From IMG/VR virus record IMGVR_UViG_3300028197_001024, positions 10,468 to 74,467 of that record: 64,000 nucleotides of DNA; one strand, written 5' to 3'. Below the pieces are notes generated by a model. It did no database searches. It had not been told where the DNA came from and was given only the letters and a program-made list of their open reading frames with translations. A program made the position numbers and the translations under genes. Of the stretch, positions 49,202 through 58,744 are shown piece after piece. Position 1 is the stretch's first letter, and every line of letters begins with the position of its first letter. The stretch comes from a virus.

Positions 49202-52200
49202 ATGGCTGCTGTAACTCTTAAAGATTTAATGGATCCTCTATCAAAAATAGAGGCTGCTGCAAAAGAGACTAATGAAAAATTAGATGCTCTTATTGCAGTT
49301 TCTGGTAGTAGTAACTCTGGTGGTGGATTAGATGCCGCTATTGTAGCTCAATTAACAGCACAAACAGATTTATTAACTGCTATTGAAGCAAACACATCCA
49401 GAAATCCTTTAGGCGGAATGTTTAGTAAAAAAGGTGGTGGTGCTAAGAAAAGTAATGCTGGTGCTACATTAGAAGATTTAGGTCTTGGTGCAAAAATAAC
49501 AGCCAAAGCAATGATGCTATGGTTATTAGTACCAAAGAAAGCTTTAGGTAAATTTAAAGGTTTTGTAGTAGATACACTTGAGGCCTTTGAAGGTATAAAA
49601 CCTAAAAAAGTAAAAGCAGGTGCTGATGCTCTTGCTGTTGCTTCTGGTGCTGCAATGATATCTGCAAAGGCATTAATGATTTGGGCTTTTGTACCTGAAT
49701 CAGCTATTGATAAATTTACAGCTTATATAACAAAATTAGATAAAGCTTTATCTAAGACTACACCTAAAAAGGCTAAGAAAGGTGCAGAGACTTTAGGTAT
49801 GATGGGGGATGCACTTTTAAAATTTGCAAAAGGATTAGCTTTAGCTGCAATATTAGTTCCATTAGGTTTAATAGCAATACCGTTCTTATTATTAGCCGTG
49901 ACTGCCGTTGGTGGTATTATGGCTCTAATAGGTGGTAAGAAATTTTCTCAAAGAATAGGTAGAGGAGCAAGGACTTTAGATAAAGTAGGAGATGCATTAA
50001 AATCTTTTGCAATAGGAATCGGTTTATTTGCACTTTCTACAATGTTTATTATATTAGCTCCACCTATTTTAATAGGAATGGTTGCTTCGTTGGTATTAAT
50101 ACCTGGTGCGATTGCAATCTTAGGTGGTAAGAAAATGTCTAAAAGAATCAGAAGAGGTGCATTAGGTCTCGCAATTTTAGGTGTAGCATTAATACCTTTT
50201 GCTTTAGGTTTAGCAATCTTTTCAATGGCTACAAAAGGTAATGGTATTGGTGATGTTCTTATTCAAGGTGCTACAATATTAGCAATTGGCGTATCTGCTG
50301 CCTTAGTTGGAAAATTTGGAATATCTAATATTTTACAAGGTGCATTAGCATTAGCAGTTAACGGTTTAGGGTTAATGGTATTTAGTTTAGGATATACCCC
50401 ATTTGCTGAATCAACAAAAGGGTTAGGATTAACTGATATATTAGTACAATCTGGAATATTAATTGCAATAGGTGGAATTATGGCATTAGCAGGATTAGCT
50501 GTTGCTGCAACTGCAGGTGCTGCGTTACTAGGTCCTGCATTATATGCAGCTGCTGGTTTAGCATTACAGGAATTAGCACCTGGTTTAATTGCAATGAAAA
50601 AGGTAGACTATAAGAAAAAAGATGCGGAAGACTTGTCATTTACATTAGGTGCTGTTGCTGCTGCGTTTTCAGGAGTAGATCCTGAGGCTGGTTTCTTATC
50701 TAATATAGGTAATGTATTTAGTAGAGTTGTACAAAGTGGGACTGGTTTAGCTGCAGCTGCTATGTATGGAGCTGCTGGGTTAGCATTACAAGAATTATCA
50801 AAAGGTCTAACTAAATTTAAGGCTATAGGATTTACTGAAGAAGATTCAAAAGAACTTGCTGTTGCGTTAGGTTCTGTTAGTGGAGCCTTTGCCCAGGCCG
50901 GTGGGGAACCTGCAAGCCCTGGTGGATTATTTGGTGCAGTATTTGGAAATACATTTAGCCCTAATGCTACAGAGAGAGGTATTGATTCTGTAATGGATTC
51001 TGGTAAAGCTCTTGCTTCTATAGTTGATGGTCTTGCTTCATTTTTAGATCTTAAGAAAAAATATAAATTAGATGCAGCTGCATTTCAAGAAGGTGGATTC
51101 TTAGCTGTATCAATCGCAGATACATTAGGTTTCTTAAGTAAAGCTTTTGCTTCTATCGGTGGAATGGAAACCGAGGATTCCTGGGGTCCGTTTAAATGGG
51201 ATGAGAATAAAGTTGAAAAAGGTATTGATGCAGTTAAAGGTTCAGGTAAAGCATTAGCTGATATAACTACAGGGTTAAAATCATTCTTGGATTTACAACA
51301 AAATTATGGATTAACTTCTGAATCTTTCAAAGAAGGCGGATTCCTACAAACGGCAGTAGTAGATACTTTAGGATTTGTTAGTAAAGCCTTTGGTACAATT
51401 GGCGGAATGGAAGTACAAGACGGTTGGGGTCCATTTAGTTGGGATGAGAATGTGGTAGAGAAAGGAGTTGATGCTGTTAAAGGCGCAGGCCAAGAACTTA
51501 CTAATATTGCAACAGGATTAAAAACATTCCAAGAGCTGGTAGAAAAAGAAATTGACTTTAAACCTGGTGGTAAACTTGCAAACGCTGTTACTAATTCACT
51601 ATCATTTGTATCAACTGCATTTAGTGCGATTGGAGGAATGGAAGAATCAGATGGATGGTTTATATTTTCATGGGATGAAAACTCTGTAGAGAAAGGTATT
51701 GATGCTGTAAAAGGAGCTGGTGCAGAACTTAGTAATATTGCAAACGGATTAAAAACATTCGCGGATATGTCTACAACAGTTGACTTCAGTAAAAAAGGTA
51801 AACTTGCTACTGCGGTTAAAAATGCCCTATCATTTGTAGGTAGCGCATTTATGAAAATTGGTGGAATGGAAGAGACTGATGGTAATTGGTTATTTTCTTG
51901 GGATGAAAACTTAGTACAAAAAGGTATTGAAAATGTAGATGGTGCTGGTGCTGCATTAACTGATATTGCTAAAGGTTTACAATCATTTGCAGATTTAGAA
52001 AATCCTGGAGCCATAGCACAAGGCATTGAATCTATATTTACCTCTATAGGTGATACATTTGCTAAGTATTATAAAGACACCGCATTCCGAACTGACTTAG
52101 ATCATATGCAAGGATTTATTACAGAATTATCTACTTATGCACAAGATGGGTCATTGGCAAAAGCCGCAACGGATATTCAATCAATCTCTAATGCTGTTAA

Positions 52201-52528
52201 TTCTATTGATTCTATGAAAGCTGAATCATTTGCAAATCTATTTAAAGGCGCAGGCGAATTAAGTTCTAATAAAAGAGCATATTCTGCATTAGCTGATGCG
52301 GTCGAAGAGATAAGAGATATTTTAGGTAGCCAAGGTTCAAGTATTGGTGATGCCGTTGGTGGTGCTATTAGTAATGCATTCGGTGGAGGTGGAGATGAAA
52401 AGAAATCAACAAACAGTAATGGTGGAATAAACAAATCAATGAATAAAATCAATTCTACATTATCTCAGTTAAATACTACAATGAAATCATTACCTGTATC
52501 CATATCTAATTTAATACCTGATGATTAA
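49202..52528 (+). CDS. Tape measure protein
   Basis: 1108 aa, Ala/Gly-rich helical, hydrophobic segments, about 80-aa repeats; follows the chaperone genes. Confidence 0.75.
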   Translation: MAAVTLKDLMDPLSKIEAAAKETNEKLDALIAVSGSSNSGGGLDAAIVAQLTAQTDLLTAIEANTSRNPLGGMFSKKGGGAKKSNAGATLEDLGLGAKITAKAMMLWLLVPKKALGKFKGFVVDTLEAFEGIKPKKVKAGADALAVASGAAMISAKALMIWAFVPESAIDKFTAYITKLDKALSKTTPKKAKKGAETLGMMGDALLKFAKGLALAAILVPLGLIAIPFLLLAVTAVGGIMALIGGKKFSQRIGRGARTLDKVGDALKSFAIGIGLFALSTMFIILAPPILIGMVASLVLIPGAIAILGGKKMSKRIRRGALGLAILGVALIPFALGLAIFSMATKGNGIGDVLIQGATILAIGVSAALVGKFGISNILQGALALAVNGLGLMVFSLGYTPFAESTKGLGLTDILVQSGILIAIGGIMALAGLAVAATAGAALLGPALYAAAGLALQELAPGLIAMKKVDYKKKDAEDLSFTLGAVAAAFSGVDPEAGFLSNIGNVFSRVVQSGTGLAAAAMYGAAGLALQELSKGLTKFKAIGFTEEDSKELAVALGSVSGAFAQAGGEPASPGGLFGAVFGNTFSPNATERGIDSVMDSGKALASIVDGLASFLDLKKKYKLDAAAFQEGGFLAVSIADTLGFLSKAFASIGGMETEDSWGPFKWDENKVEKGIDAVKGSGKALADITTGLKSFLDLQQNYGLTSESFKEGGFLQTAVVDTLGFVSKAFGTIGGMEVQDGWGPFSWDENVVEKGVDAVKGAGQELTNIATGLKTFQELVEKEIDFKPGGKLANAVTNSLSFVSTAFSAIGGMEESDGWFIFSWDENSVEKGIDAVKGAGAELSNIANGLKTFADMSTTVDFSKKGKLATAVKNALSFVGSAFMKIGGMEETDGNWLFSWDENLVQKGIENVDGAGAALTDIAKGLQSFADLENPGAIAQGIESIFTSIGDTFAKYYKDTAFRTDLDHMQGFITELSTYAQDGSLAKAATDIQSISNAVNSIDSMKAESFANLFKGAGELSSNKRAYSALADAVEEIRDILGSQGSSIGDAVGGAISNAFGGGGDEKKSTNSNGGINKSMNKINSTLSQLNTTMKSLPVSISNLIPDD
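51140..51990 (+). repeat. Four roughly 80-aa repeats in the tape measure protein
   Basis: GGME..D.W..F.WDEN.V.KG.D.V.G.G..L..I..GL..F occurs four times, with a more divergent copy upstream. Confidence 0.85.
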
Positions 52529-52551
52529 TAACAATCATTTTATAAAATCTT

Positions 52552-52579
52552 AAAACCTTTTTACTTTTTAGCTATATAA
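52552..52579 (+). promoter_or_regulatory. Putative middle promoter
   Basis: AAAAC-N18-TATAA. Confidence 0.45.
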
Positions 52580-52624
52580 AATATAACAGAGAGATTCTGA
52601 AATAGTATAGTTTAAAAGTATAAT

Positions 52625-53422
52625 ATGGAAAATGTAAAAAACATAGTTTGGTTTGACTTAGAAACCACAGGAGTAAACACAAGTAGCGATAGAATTATCG
52701 AGATCGCAATGATAAAAACCGATTCTGAAGGAAATGAAATAGATTCTTTTCAGTCATTAGTTAATCCCGGCCCAGATGCAGTTATGAGAGAAGAAGCTCA
52801 GGACAAGCATGGCATATCACCAGAACAATTAAAAGATGCACCACAATTTGATTTAATAGCAAAAGAAGTTTTAGACTTTATTGATGATAGTGACTTAGGT
52901 GGATATAACGCACTTTACTTTGATGTACCAATGCTCGTAGAGGAATTTATGAGAAGTGGTATTGCATTCTCGCATCGCCAAAGAGCTGTAGTAGATCCTT
53001 TTTTAATTTATTCAAAATATGAACGTAGAGATTTAAGTACTGCATATAAAAAATATACAGGAAAAGATTTAGAAGGTGCTCATAGAGCCGACGTTGATAT
53101 CCGTGCAACAATGGAAATATTCCAAAAACAAAAAGAACTTTATGATATGCCTACAACAGCAAAAGAAATTGATGATGTAGTAAATGAATCAAGAAAAGAT
53201 CAAGTAGACCTTAGTGGTAAATATAAATTTGCTGAAATAAACGGTAAACGAGAAATTGTATTTAACTTTGGTAAAAACAAAGGCAAACCGTTTAAAGAAG
53301 TTTATGAAACGGATGCAAGGTATATTCAATGGATTATTGATAAGGGTGAATTCTCAAAAGAGGTAAAAATTATATCTCGTAAACTCTTAGAGAAAATGAG
53401 AGCAGAAAACCCTGTTTTGTAA
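52625..53422 (+). CDS. DEDDh 3'-5' exonuclease (DnaQ/epsilon-like)
   Basis: FDLETTG, GYNALYFD, AHRADVD; C-terminal FGKNKG. Confidence 0.88.
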   Translation: MENVKNIVWFDLETTGVNTSSDRIIEIAMIKTDSEGNEIDSFQSLVNPGPDAVMREEAQDKHGISPEQLKDAPQFDLIAKEVLDFIDDSDLGGYNALYFDVPMLVEEFMRSGIAFSHRQRAVVDPFLIYSKYERRDLSTAYKKYTGKDLEGAHRADVDIRATMEIFQKQKELYDMPTTAKEIDDVVNESRKDQVDLSGKYKFAEINGKREIVFNFGKNKGKPFKEVYETDARYIQWIIDKGEFSKEVKIISRKLLEKMRAENPVL

Positions 53423-53449
53423 ATTGTTAATAACTTTTAGAAAAAAGAT

Positions 53450-53498
53450 CTCATTTTATTTTCAATTCCCAATTAAATTTATTATATTTATAATATAA
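53450..53498 (+). promoter_or_regulatory. Putative early (host-sigma) promoter, copy 1 of a roughly 48-bp repeat
   Basis: CTCATTT..TTTCAATTCCCAA.TAA.TTTATTATATTTA.A.TATAA is shared with 62679-62726. Confidence 0.6.
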
Positions 53499-53514
53499 TT
53501 AAACAATACGGAAT

Positions 53515-53811
53515 ATGTCTAAATATCAAGAACTACTACAAAATCCTCCAAGGCTAACAGTAAAGAAAGAAGCAAGAGAGGTAATTATTAAAACGGTAAG
53601 CTGTATGTGTGATAATGTACATTACCTTAAATTTAAGAAAAATCTAGAAGGTGATTTTAAAATGTCTGGTGGCGGATTTGCTTTATCTAATTGGCAAATG
53701 AAACATAAACCACATGATATTGAATGGATCGCTGATGAAGGTAAGTGGAATCAAGTATTTAGAATGATTAATACCGGAACAGAAAAAATTGAATCTTTAA
53801 AAAGTAGATAA
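53515..53811 (+). CDS. Hypothetical protein
   Basis: ORF after the early-type promoter. Confidence 0.55.
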   Translation: MSKYQELLQNPPRLTVKKEAREVIIKTVSCMCDNVHYLKFKKNLEGDFKMSGGGFALSNWQMKHKPHDIEWIADEGKWNQVFRMINTGTEKIESLKSR

Positions 53812-54044
53812 TGGCAATAACAACAAAACCTATGCCTGGATCTGAAATGATCCATGTAGATTTAAGTGGACCAGATGGTAATGCATTTGCATTAATTGGA
53901 CTGGCCCAAAAATTAGCAAAACAACTTCACTATCAACCTGGTGAGAGAGGAGAACTCACAGCAGAAATGATGGGTGGAGATTACGATAACCTGTTAGAAA
54001 TCTTCGATAAACATTTTGGAGAATTTGTAACATTACATAAATAA
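53811..54044 (+). CDS. Hypothetical phage protein (GPDGNAF motif)
   Basis: DLSGPDGNAFALIG...GDYDNLL. Confidence 0.65.
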   Translation: MAITTKPMPGSEMIHVDLSGPDGNAFALIGLAQKLAKQLHYQPGERGELTAEMMGGDYDNLLEIFDKHFGEFVTLHK

Positions 54045-54045
54045 T

Positions 54046-54231
54046 ATGAAAGAAACGACACCATACCGAATGATCACCGAAGAAGAACACATTGAAGAAA
54101 TTCTAACCGAAGCAAATGCGCATGGCTTAAGAGCCGAGGTAAAAGCATATGCTGAAAACTTATTAAATGAATCTCCAGAGATGGATCCTATCGATGCCTA
54201 TACACATGGGTTTGAAGAATGGATTAAATAA
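54046..54231 (+). CDS. Hypothetical protein
   Basis: 61-aa acidic ORF; resembles 60095..60274. Confidence 0.55.
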   Translation: MKETTPYRMITEEEHIEEILTEANAHGLRAEVKAYAENLLNESPEMDPIDAYTHGFEEWIK

Positions 54232-54234
54232 ATT

Positions 54235-54381
54235 ATGGAAAAAGATAACGAAGACAAAAAACTTAAAGAAGTTAATTTAACTCAACAAGAATGGTTTGAT
54301 GCTCTTCGTGTACCTACACCTGTAAGAAATAAGAAAAAATATAGGAGAAAGAAAAAACATAAAGGTAAAGATGATGAATAG
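54235..54381 (+). CDS. Small basic protein, 48 aa; not in the ORF track
   Basis: MEKDNEDKKLKEVNLTQQEWFDALRVPTPVRNKKKYRRKKKHKGKDDE fills the gap between neighbours. Confidence 0.55.
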   Translation: MEKDNEDKKLKEVNLTQQEWFDALRVPTPVRNKKKYRRKKKHKGKDDE

Positions 54382-54718
54382 CATATTAGAAAAAATAAGT
54401 TGGTGGACTCGTAAATGGAATTATAGTTTTGATTTACTCCAGATAGATTTACGTGATAACCATGGCTCTTGGGGTTTTAAGGTTTTTAATTTTAAGACTA
54501 ATTTCTATGATCATTCTCTTTTGGCTTTTTACTTTAGGTTGCCTAATAAAACAACAGTTAAGCACTTTCATATAGATCATATAGATTTACTTTATTTAAA
54601 TAGGCCTCTTTATAAAGTTTACGATAAACTAAATGATAGAGAATTATGGAATCCTAATTCCTTTTCAAAATTAGATAAAATTAAATTAGCAATCTTAGAT
54701 AAAATATTTAATAGATGA
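54371..54718 (+). CDS. Hypothetical protein
   Basis: ORF in the small-gene cluster. Confidence 0.5.
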   Translation: MMNSILEKISWWTRKWNYSFDLLQIDLRDNHGSWGFKVFNFKTNFYDHSLLAFYFRLPNKTTVKHFHIDHIDLLYLNRPLYKVYDKLNDRELWNPNSFSKLDKIKLAILDKIFNR

Positions 54719-54960
54719 TAAATAGTGGAAAAGAATGGGATTGGATAGATACTAAAGTTCCTATGAATGTTATTAGGGATGAAATGAAATGGGTAGAAAA
54801 AGTTTTAACTCATAAAGATAATAACAATTTACATTACCCAGCCCTTAAACAGCTTATAAATAATTTTTATAATAAATGGGCAAATAAAGATAATAAAACA
54901 ATTGTGAATGTTTACCGATCATATCTTAAGTCAATTTTAAGAAGTGAATTTGGTAGGTAA
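54715..54960 (+). CDS. Hypothetical protein
   Basis: ATGA-coupled ORF. Confidence 0.5.
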   Translation: MINSGKEWDWIDTKVPMNVIRDEMKWVEKVLTHKDNNNLHYPALKQLINNFYNKWANKDNKTIVNVYRSYLKSILRSEFGR

Positions 54961-54961
54961 T

Positions 54962-54988
54962 TAAACCTTTATTAATTTATCAATATAA
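54962..54988 (+). promoter_or_regulatory. Putative middle promoter
   Basis: TAAAC-N17-TATAA. Confidence 0.6.
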
Positions 54989-55003
54989 AAATAAATTTAA
55001 AGT

Positions 55004-56881
55004 ATGGCAGTGAGCATTGAAAAGAAATACCAGAAACTTACCGACACAGAACATGTATTACTCAGACCAGGTATGTATATTGGTTCTGTTAAGCCACATA
55101 CTGAAGAAGTTTATTTATTGGATAGAAGAAGCTGGAAATTAATACCTAAAGAAATTACCTATAATCCTGGATTCTTAAAACTCTTTGATGAGATCGTATC
55201 TAACTCTGTTGATGAACATAAAAGAAATCCTAAACTTAACCAAGTAAAAATTAACATTGATATTAAAACTAATAAAATATCAATTTGGGATAATGGTGGT
55301 ATTCCTGTAGAAATTCATAAAGAGTATAATGAATGGGTACCTGAAATGATTTTTAGTAATCTAAAGACAGGTAGTAATTTTGATGATACTGAAGAGAGAA
55401 CTGTTGTAGGAACTAATGGTGTAGGTAGTACATTAACAAATATATTTAGTAAAGAATTTACAATTGATACTTGTGATAAAAAGAAAAGATTTACACAAAC
55501 CTTTTCAAATAATATGGCAAAGAAAACTAAACCTGCTATAAAACCACAAAAGAAAGGATTTACTGAAATTTCATACATTGCAGATTTTAAAAGATTTGGT
55601 ATGAGTAAGATTGATAAAGCATCAATCCAAATGATTGAAAAAAGACTTTATGATATTGCTGCATGTAATCCTAAATTAAAAATCTGGCTAAACGGTGATT
55701 CTATTACATTTAAATCTTTTAAAGAATACTCTGAATTATATACCACACCAGTATTTTATGAACAATCAGAAAATTGGCAAATAGGTATAGGTCATTCTAC
55801 CTCAGGGTTTAAAGCTATCTCATTTGTAAATTCTGTTGAAACAAAAGATGGCGGTAAACATGTAGATAACATTACTTGGCAAATTACACAATTCCTTAGA
55901 GATAAGATTAAAAGAAAGCATAGAGTTGATGTAAAGCCATCAGAATTAAAAAATCACTTGTACCTTTTTATTAACAGTACAATTATTAATCCAGCATTTT
56001 CGTCTCAGACAAAAGAGAAGCTTATTACTGAACCTAAAGACTTTGGAAGTATTCATGTACTTTCCGATAAGACATTAAGACAAGTTTTAAATTCAGAAAT
56101 AATTCAATCAGTATTAGATTGGATTAAACAAAAGAAAGACGCTGAGGAAAGATCTAAGCTTAGGAGATTAAATAAAGGTTTAGATAAGAAAAAGGTTGTA
56201 AAGCTAATTGATGCAAAAAAGAGAGGTGACAGAAGTAACTGTACTCTTGCAATTTTTGAAGGTGATTCTGCATCATCTGCATTTAGGCAATATAGAAATC
56301 CAAATATGCAAGGTGCATTTCCACTTAGAGGTAAATTCGTAAACGTAAGAGAATCTATCCCTTCTAAGGTTGTACAAAATAAAGAAGTACAATCTCTTAT
56401 GGCTGCATTAGGTTTAAAGATAGGTCATGAGCCAAAAGATTTAAGATATGGTAAAATATTATTATATACCGATGCTGATGTAGATGGCAATTCTATTTCT
56501 GCCTTATTAATTAATTTCTTAGGTAAGTATTGGCCAGAGTTATTTGAACAAGGAAGGGTGTTAAAAGTAGAGACACCTTTAATGGTTGCTAAAAAGGGTA
56601 AAGATACATTAAGTTTTTATTCTGATGATGATTATAAAGAATGGGAATCTAAACAAAAGTCATTATCTTCATGGTCAATTGAATATAAGAAAGGTCTTGC
56701 TGCATTGGAGAATACAGAATACCAAGAAATTATTAGTAATCCTAAAACATTTATTTTAACAAAAGATAAAGATTTTGAAAATACATTAGATACATGGTTC
56801 TCTAAAGATTCTGAGCCAAGAAAGAAAAAGATTTTAGGAGAAGAGTTAATTTATAGCACAAACAAAAAATCATTATTTTGA
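55004..56881 (+). CDS. gp39: Type IIA topoisomerase ATPase/TOPRIM subunit (gp39 and gp60 fused)
   Basis: HVLLRPGMYIGS, EIVSNSVD, GTNGVGS, EGDSA, PLRGK, DADVDG, KGL. Confidence 0.95.
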   Translation: MAVSIEKKYQKLTDTEHVLLRPGMYIGSVKPHTEEVYLLDRRSWKLIPKEITYNPGFLKLFDEIVSNSVDEHKRNPKLNQVKINIDIKTNKISIWDNGGIPVEIHKEYNEWVPEMIFSNLKTGSNFDDTEERTVVGTNGVGSTLTNIFSKEFTIDTCDKKKRFTQTFSNNMAKKTKPAIKPQKKGFTEISYIADFKRFGMSKIDKASIQMIEKRLYDIAACNPKLKIWLNGDSITFKSFKEYSELYTTPVFYEQSENWQIGIGHSTSGFKAISFVNSVETKDGGKHVDNITWQITQFLRDKIKRKHRVDVKPSELKNHLYLFINSTIINPAFSSQTKEKLITEPKDFGSIHVLSDKTLRQVLNSEIIQSVLDWIKQKKDAEERSKLRRLNKGLDKKKVVKLIDAKKRGDRSNCTLAIFEGDSASSAFRQYRNPNMQGAFPLRGKFVNVRESIPSKVVQNKEVQSLMAALGLKIGHEPKDLRYGKILLYTDADVDGNSISALLINFLGKYWPELFEQGRVLKVETPLMVAKKGKDTLSFYSDDDYKEWESKQKSLSSWSIEYKKGLAALENTEYQEIISNPKTFILTKDKDFENTLDTWFSKDSEPRKKKILGEELIYSTNKKSLF

Positions 56882-56971
56882 TAAAGAAAAACTTTAAAGA
56901 CATTGATAAGAAAATGCTATCTATGATGACATTACAAGAAAGGTTTAAATATATTAATAAAAAGAAAGAGC

Positions 56972-58321
56972 ATGAGTTCAACAAAAAGAACAGTAAGTAA
57001 TTTTTTTGATAAAGAATATTTAGAGTATGCTAAATATGTTGTAGAGAATAGAGCTATTCCTAGTTGTATAGATGGATTAAAACCTACACAAAGAAAGGTA
57101 GTTTATATTGCAAATAAAATTTGGAAAAGTGGTAATGAAAAACCAATGAAACTTTTTCAACTTGCAGGTAGAGTAGCGGCCGAGGCATATTATCATCATG
57201 GTAACACTTCTTTGGAATCTTCTATGGTAGGTATGGCACAAGAGTTTAAAAATTCTTTACCTCTTTTAGATGGTATAGGTCAATTCGGTTCTTTAAGATC
57301 TCCATCCGCAGGTGCACCTCGTTACATTAGTGGGAAGTTGCATCCTAATTTTAGATTACTTTATAAAGACTTTGAATTACTAGAAAATAAAATAGAAGAA
57401 GGCGAAAAAATTGAACCTGAATATTTTTTACCTATTATCCCAACAGTAATTTTAAATGGTTCATCTGGTATTGCTGTAGGTTTTGCTACAAATATTTTAA
57501 ATAGAAATCCTAAGGACGTTGTAAATGCATGCATCGCTGTTCTTAAGGGTAAAAAGATGCCAGTCTTAGCACCTTGGTTAAAAGAGTTTAGCGGCACTTT
57601 TACTAGAGATACAGTTAATCCAAAAACATGGAAGATAAGTGGGTTATATGAGGTGTTAAACACAACAACGGTTAAGGTAACTGAAATTCCTCCAGGTTTT
57701 ACATATGAAAGGTATGAAGAGCATTTAAATAACTTAACGGAAAAAAGAATCATATCAGGATATGATGATAATTCATCAGGGCAAGTAGAATATGTACTTA
57801 AGTTCCAAAGGGCCATTCTTAAAGATTATGTAAGCAGAAATAAATTAGAAGCTTTATTAAAAATTAATACACAAGAAACTGAAAACCTTACAACGATAGA
57901 CGAAAACGGTAAACTTAAAATTTTTAATAAGGTAGAAGAAATAGTAAAACATTTTGTAGAAGTAAGATTAAAATGGTATGATACCAGAAAGGCTTATCTA
58001 ATTGAAAAGTTAGAAAGAGAATTACTTATTATTTCAAATAAAGCAAGATTTATAAAAGATATTATTGATGGCAAACTTACCGTGAATAATGCCCCTAAGA
58101 AATCTATTATACTTTATTTAGAAGCAAATAAGTTTGATGAGGTTGATGGTTCATATAACTATCTTTTAAATATGCCTATCTATTCTTTAACGAAAGAAAG
58201 ATTTGATGAGTTATTAAAACAAGAAGCTGATAAGAAAGCTGAAAAGAAAATCATAGAAGGTACTAATCCTAAAGATATGTATCTTTCCGATTTAGAAATA
58301 TTAAAGAAGGCAATAAAGTAA
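56972..58321 (+). CDS. gp52: Type IIA topoisomerase breakage-reunion subunit (gp52)
   Basis: RAIP, DGLKPTQRK, YHHG, GAPRYI catalytic Tyr, GIAVGFAT. Confidence 0.95.
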   Translation: MSSTKRTVSNFFDKEYLEYAKYVVENRAIPSCIDGLKPTQRKVVYIANKIWKSGNEKPMKLFQLAGRVAAEAYYHHGNTSLESSMVGMAQEFKNSLPLLDGIGQFGSLRSPSAGAPRYISGKLHPNFRLLYKDFELLENKIEEGEKIEPEYFLPIIPTVILNGSSGIAVGFATNILNRNPKDVVNACIAVLKGKKMPVLAPWLKEFSGTFTRDTVNPKTWKISGLYEVLNTTTVKVTEIPPGFTYERYEEHLNNLTEKRIISGYDDNSSGQVEYVLKFQRAILKDYVSRNKLEALLKINTQETENLTTIDENGKLKIFNKVEEIVKHFVEVRLKWYDTRKAYLIEKLERELLIISNKARFIKDIIDGKLTVNNAPKKSIILYLEANKFDEVDGSYNYLLNMPIYSLTKERFDELLKQEADKKAEKKIIEGTNPKDMYLSDLEILKKAIK

Positions 58322-58345
58322 ACCTTTTATAAAAATGCAATATAA
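58319..58345 (+). promoter_or_regulatory. Putative middle promoter
   Basis: TAAAC-N17-TATAA. Confidence 0.6.
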
Positions 58346-58359
58346 AAATAAACAGTAAT

Positions 58360-58512
58360 ATGAGTAGATATAAATTTGTTACAAAAAACGGAAGCAATGT
58401 ATCAGCATGTGAAACTGATGATGAACAAAAAGCATGGGCATGGATATGTCAAATTAAAAAGCTAACCATTGATCAAGCAAAAGATCTTTACAAAATTACA
58501 AAAATTAATTAA
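58360..58512 (+). CDS. Small hypothetical protein, 50 aa; not in the ORF track
   Basis: MSRYKFVTKNGSNVSACETDDEQKAWAWICQIKKLTIDQAKDLYKITKIN, right after a promoter motif. Confidence 0.55.
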   Translation: MSRYKFVTKNGSNVSACETDDEQKAWAWICQIKKLTIDQAKDLYKITKIN

Positions 58513-58513
58513 T

Positions 58514-58741
58514 ATGATGATAGAACAAAATTCTTCAATAGACTCATCAATGATAAACAGAGTCATTTACAATTTTCCAAATAAGTCACTTAAGATTGAA
58601 TTTAATTCAGGTGCTCTTTATGAATACAATAATGTAGAACCAGACGTTTATGACAATCTATGTAAAGCTGAATCTCAAGGAAAATTCTTTAACGAACAAA
58701 TAAAAAATAATTACGATCACACACAACTTTTAATAAACTAA
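58514..58741 (+). CDS. KTSC domain protein (start moved to ATG 58514)
   Basis: SSMI..V.Y....L.IEF.SG..YEY..V....Y..L..AES.GKFFN..IK. Confidence 0.85.
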   Translation: MMIEQNSSIDSSMINRVIYNFPNKSLKIEFNSGALYEYNNVEPDVYDNLCKAESQGKFFNEQIKNNYDHTQLLIN

Positions 58742-58744
58742 ATT

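Noticed and set aside
51304-52026. 240-aa minus-strand ORF
   Set aside because: Antisense shadow of the repetitive tape measure gene; no motifs or leader
52625-53422. DnaQ-like exonuclease as the missing proofreading half of the split polymerase
   Set aside because: It lacks polymerase motif A and looks like a stand-alone bacterial-type DEDDh enzyme, so it cannot complete the palm
53424-53434. TGTTAATAA DnaA-box-like site as an origin
   Set aside because: Single imperfect copy in AT-rich DNA; no cluster
56878-57000. 40-codon TTG-start mini-ORF bridging the two topoisomerase genes
   Set aside because: Could be a translational coupler, but it is too short and featureless to support
3083-57816. 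The other short antisense or alternate-frame ORFs in the track (e.g. 21232-21627, 57361-57816, 9049-9240, 36915-37127)
   Set aside because: Nested in well-supported genes, with shadow-like composition
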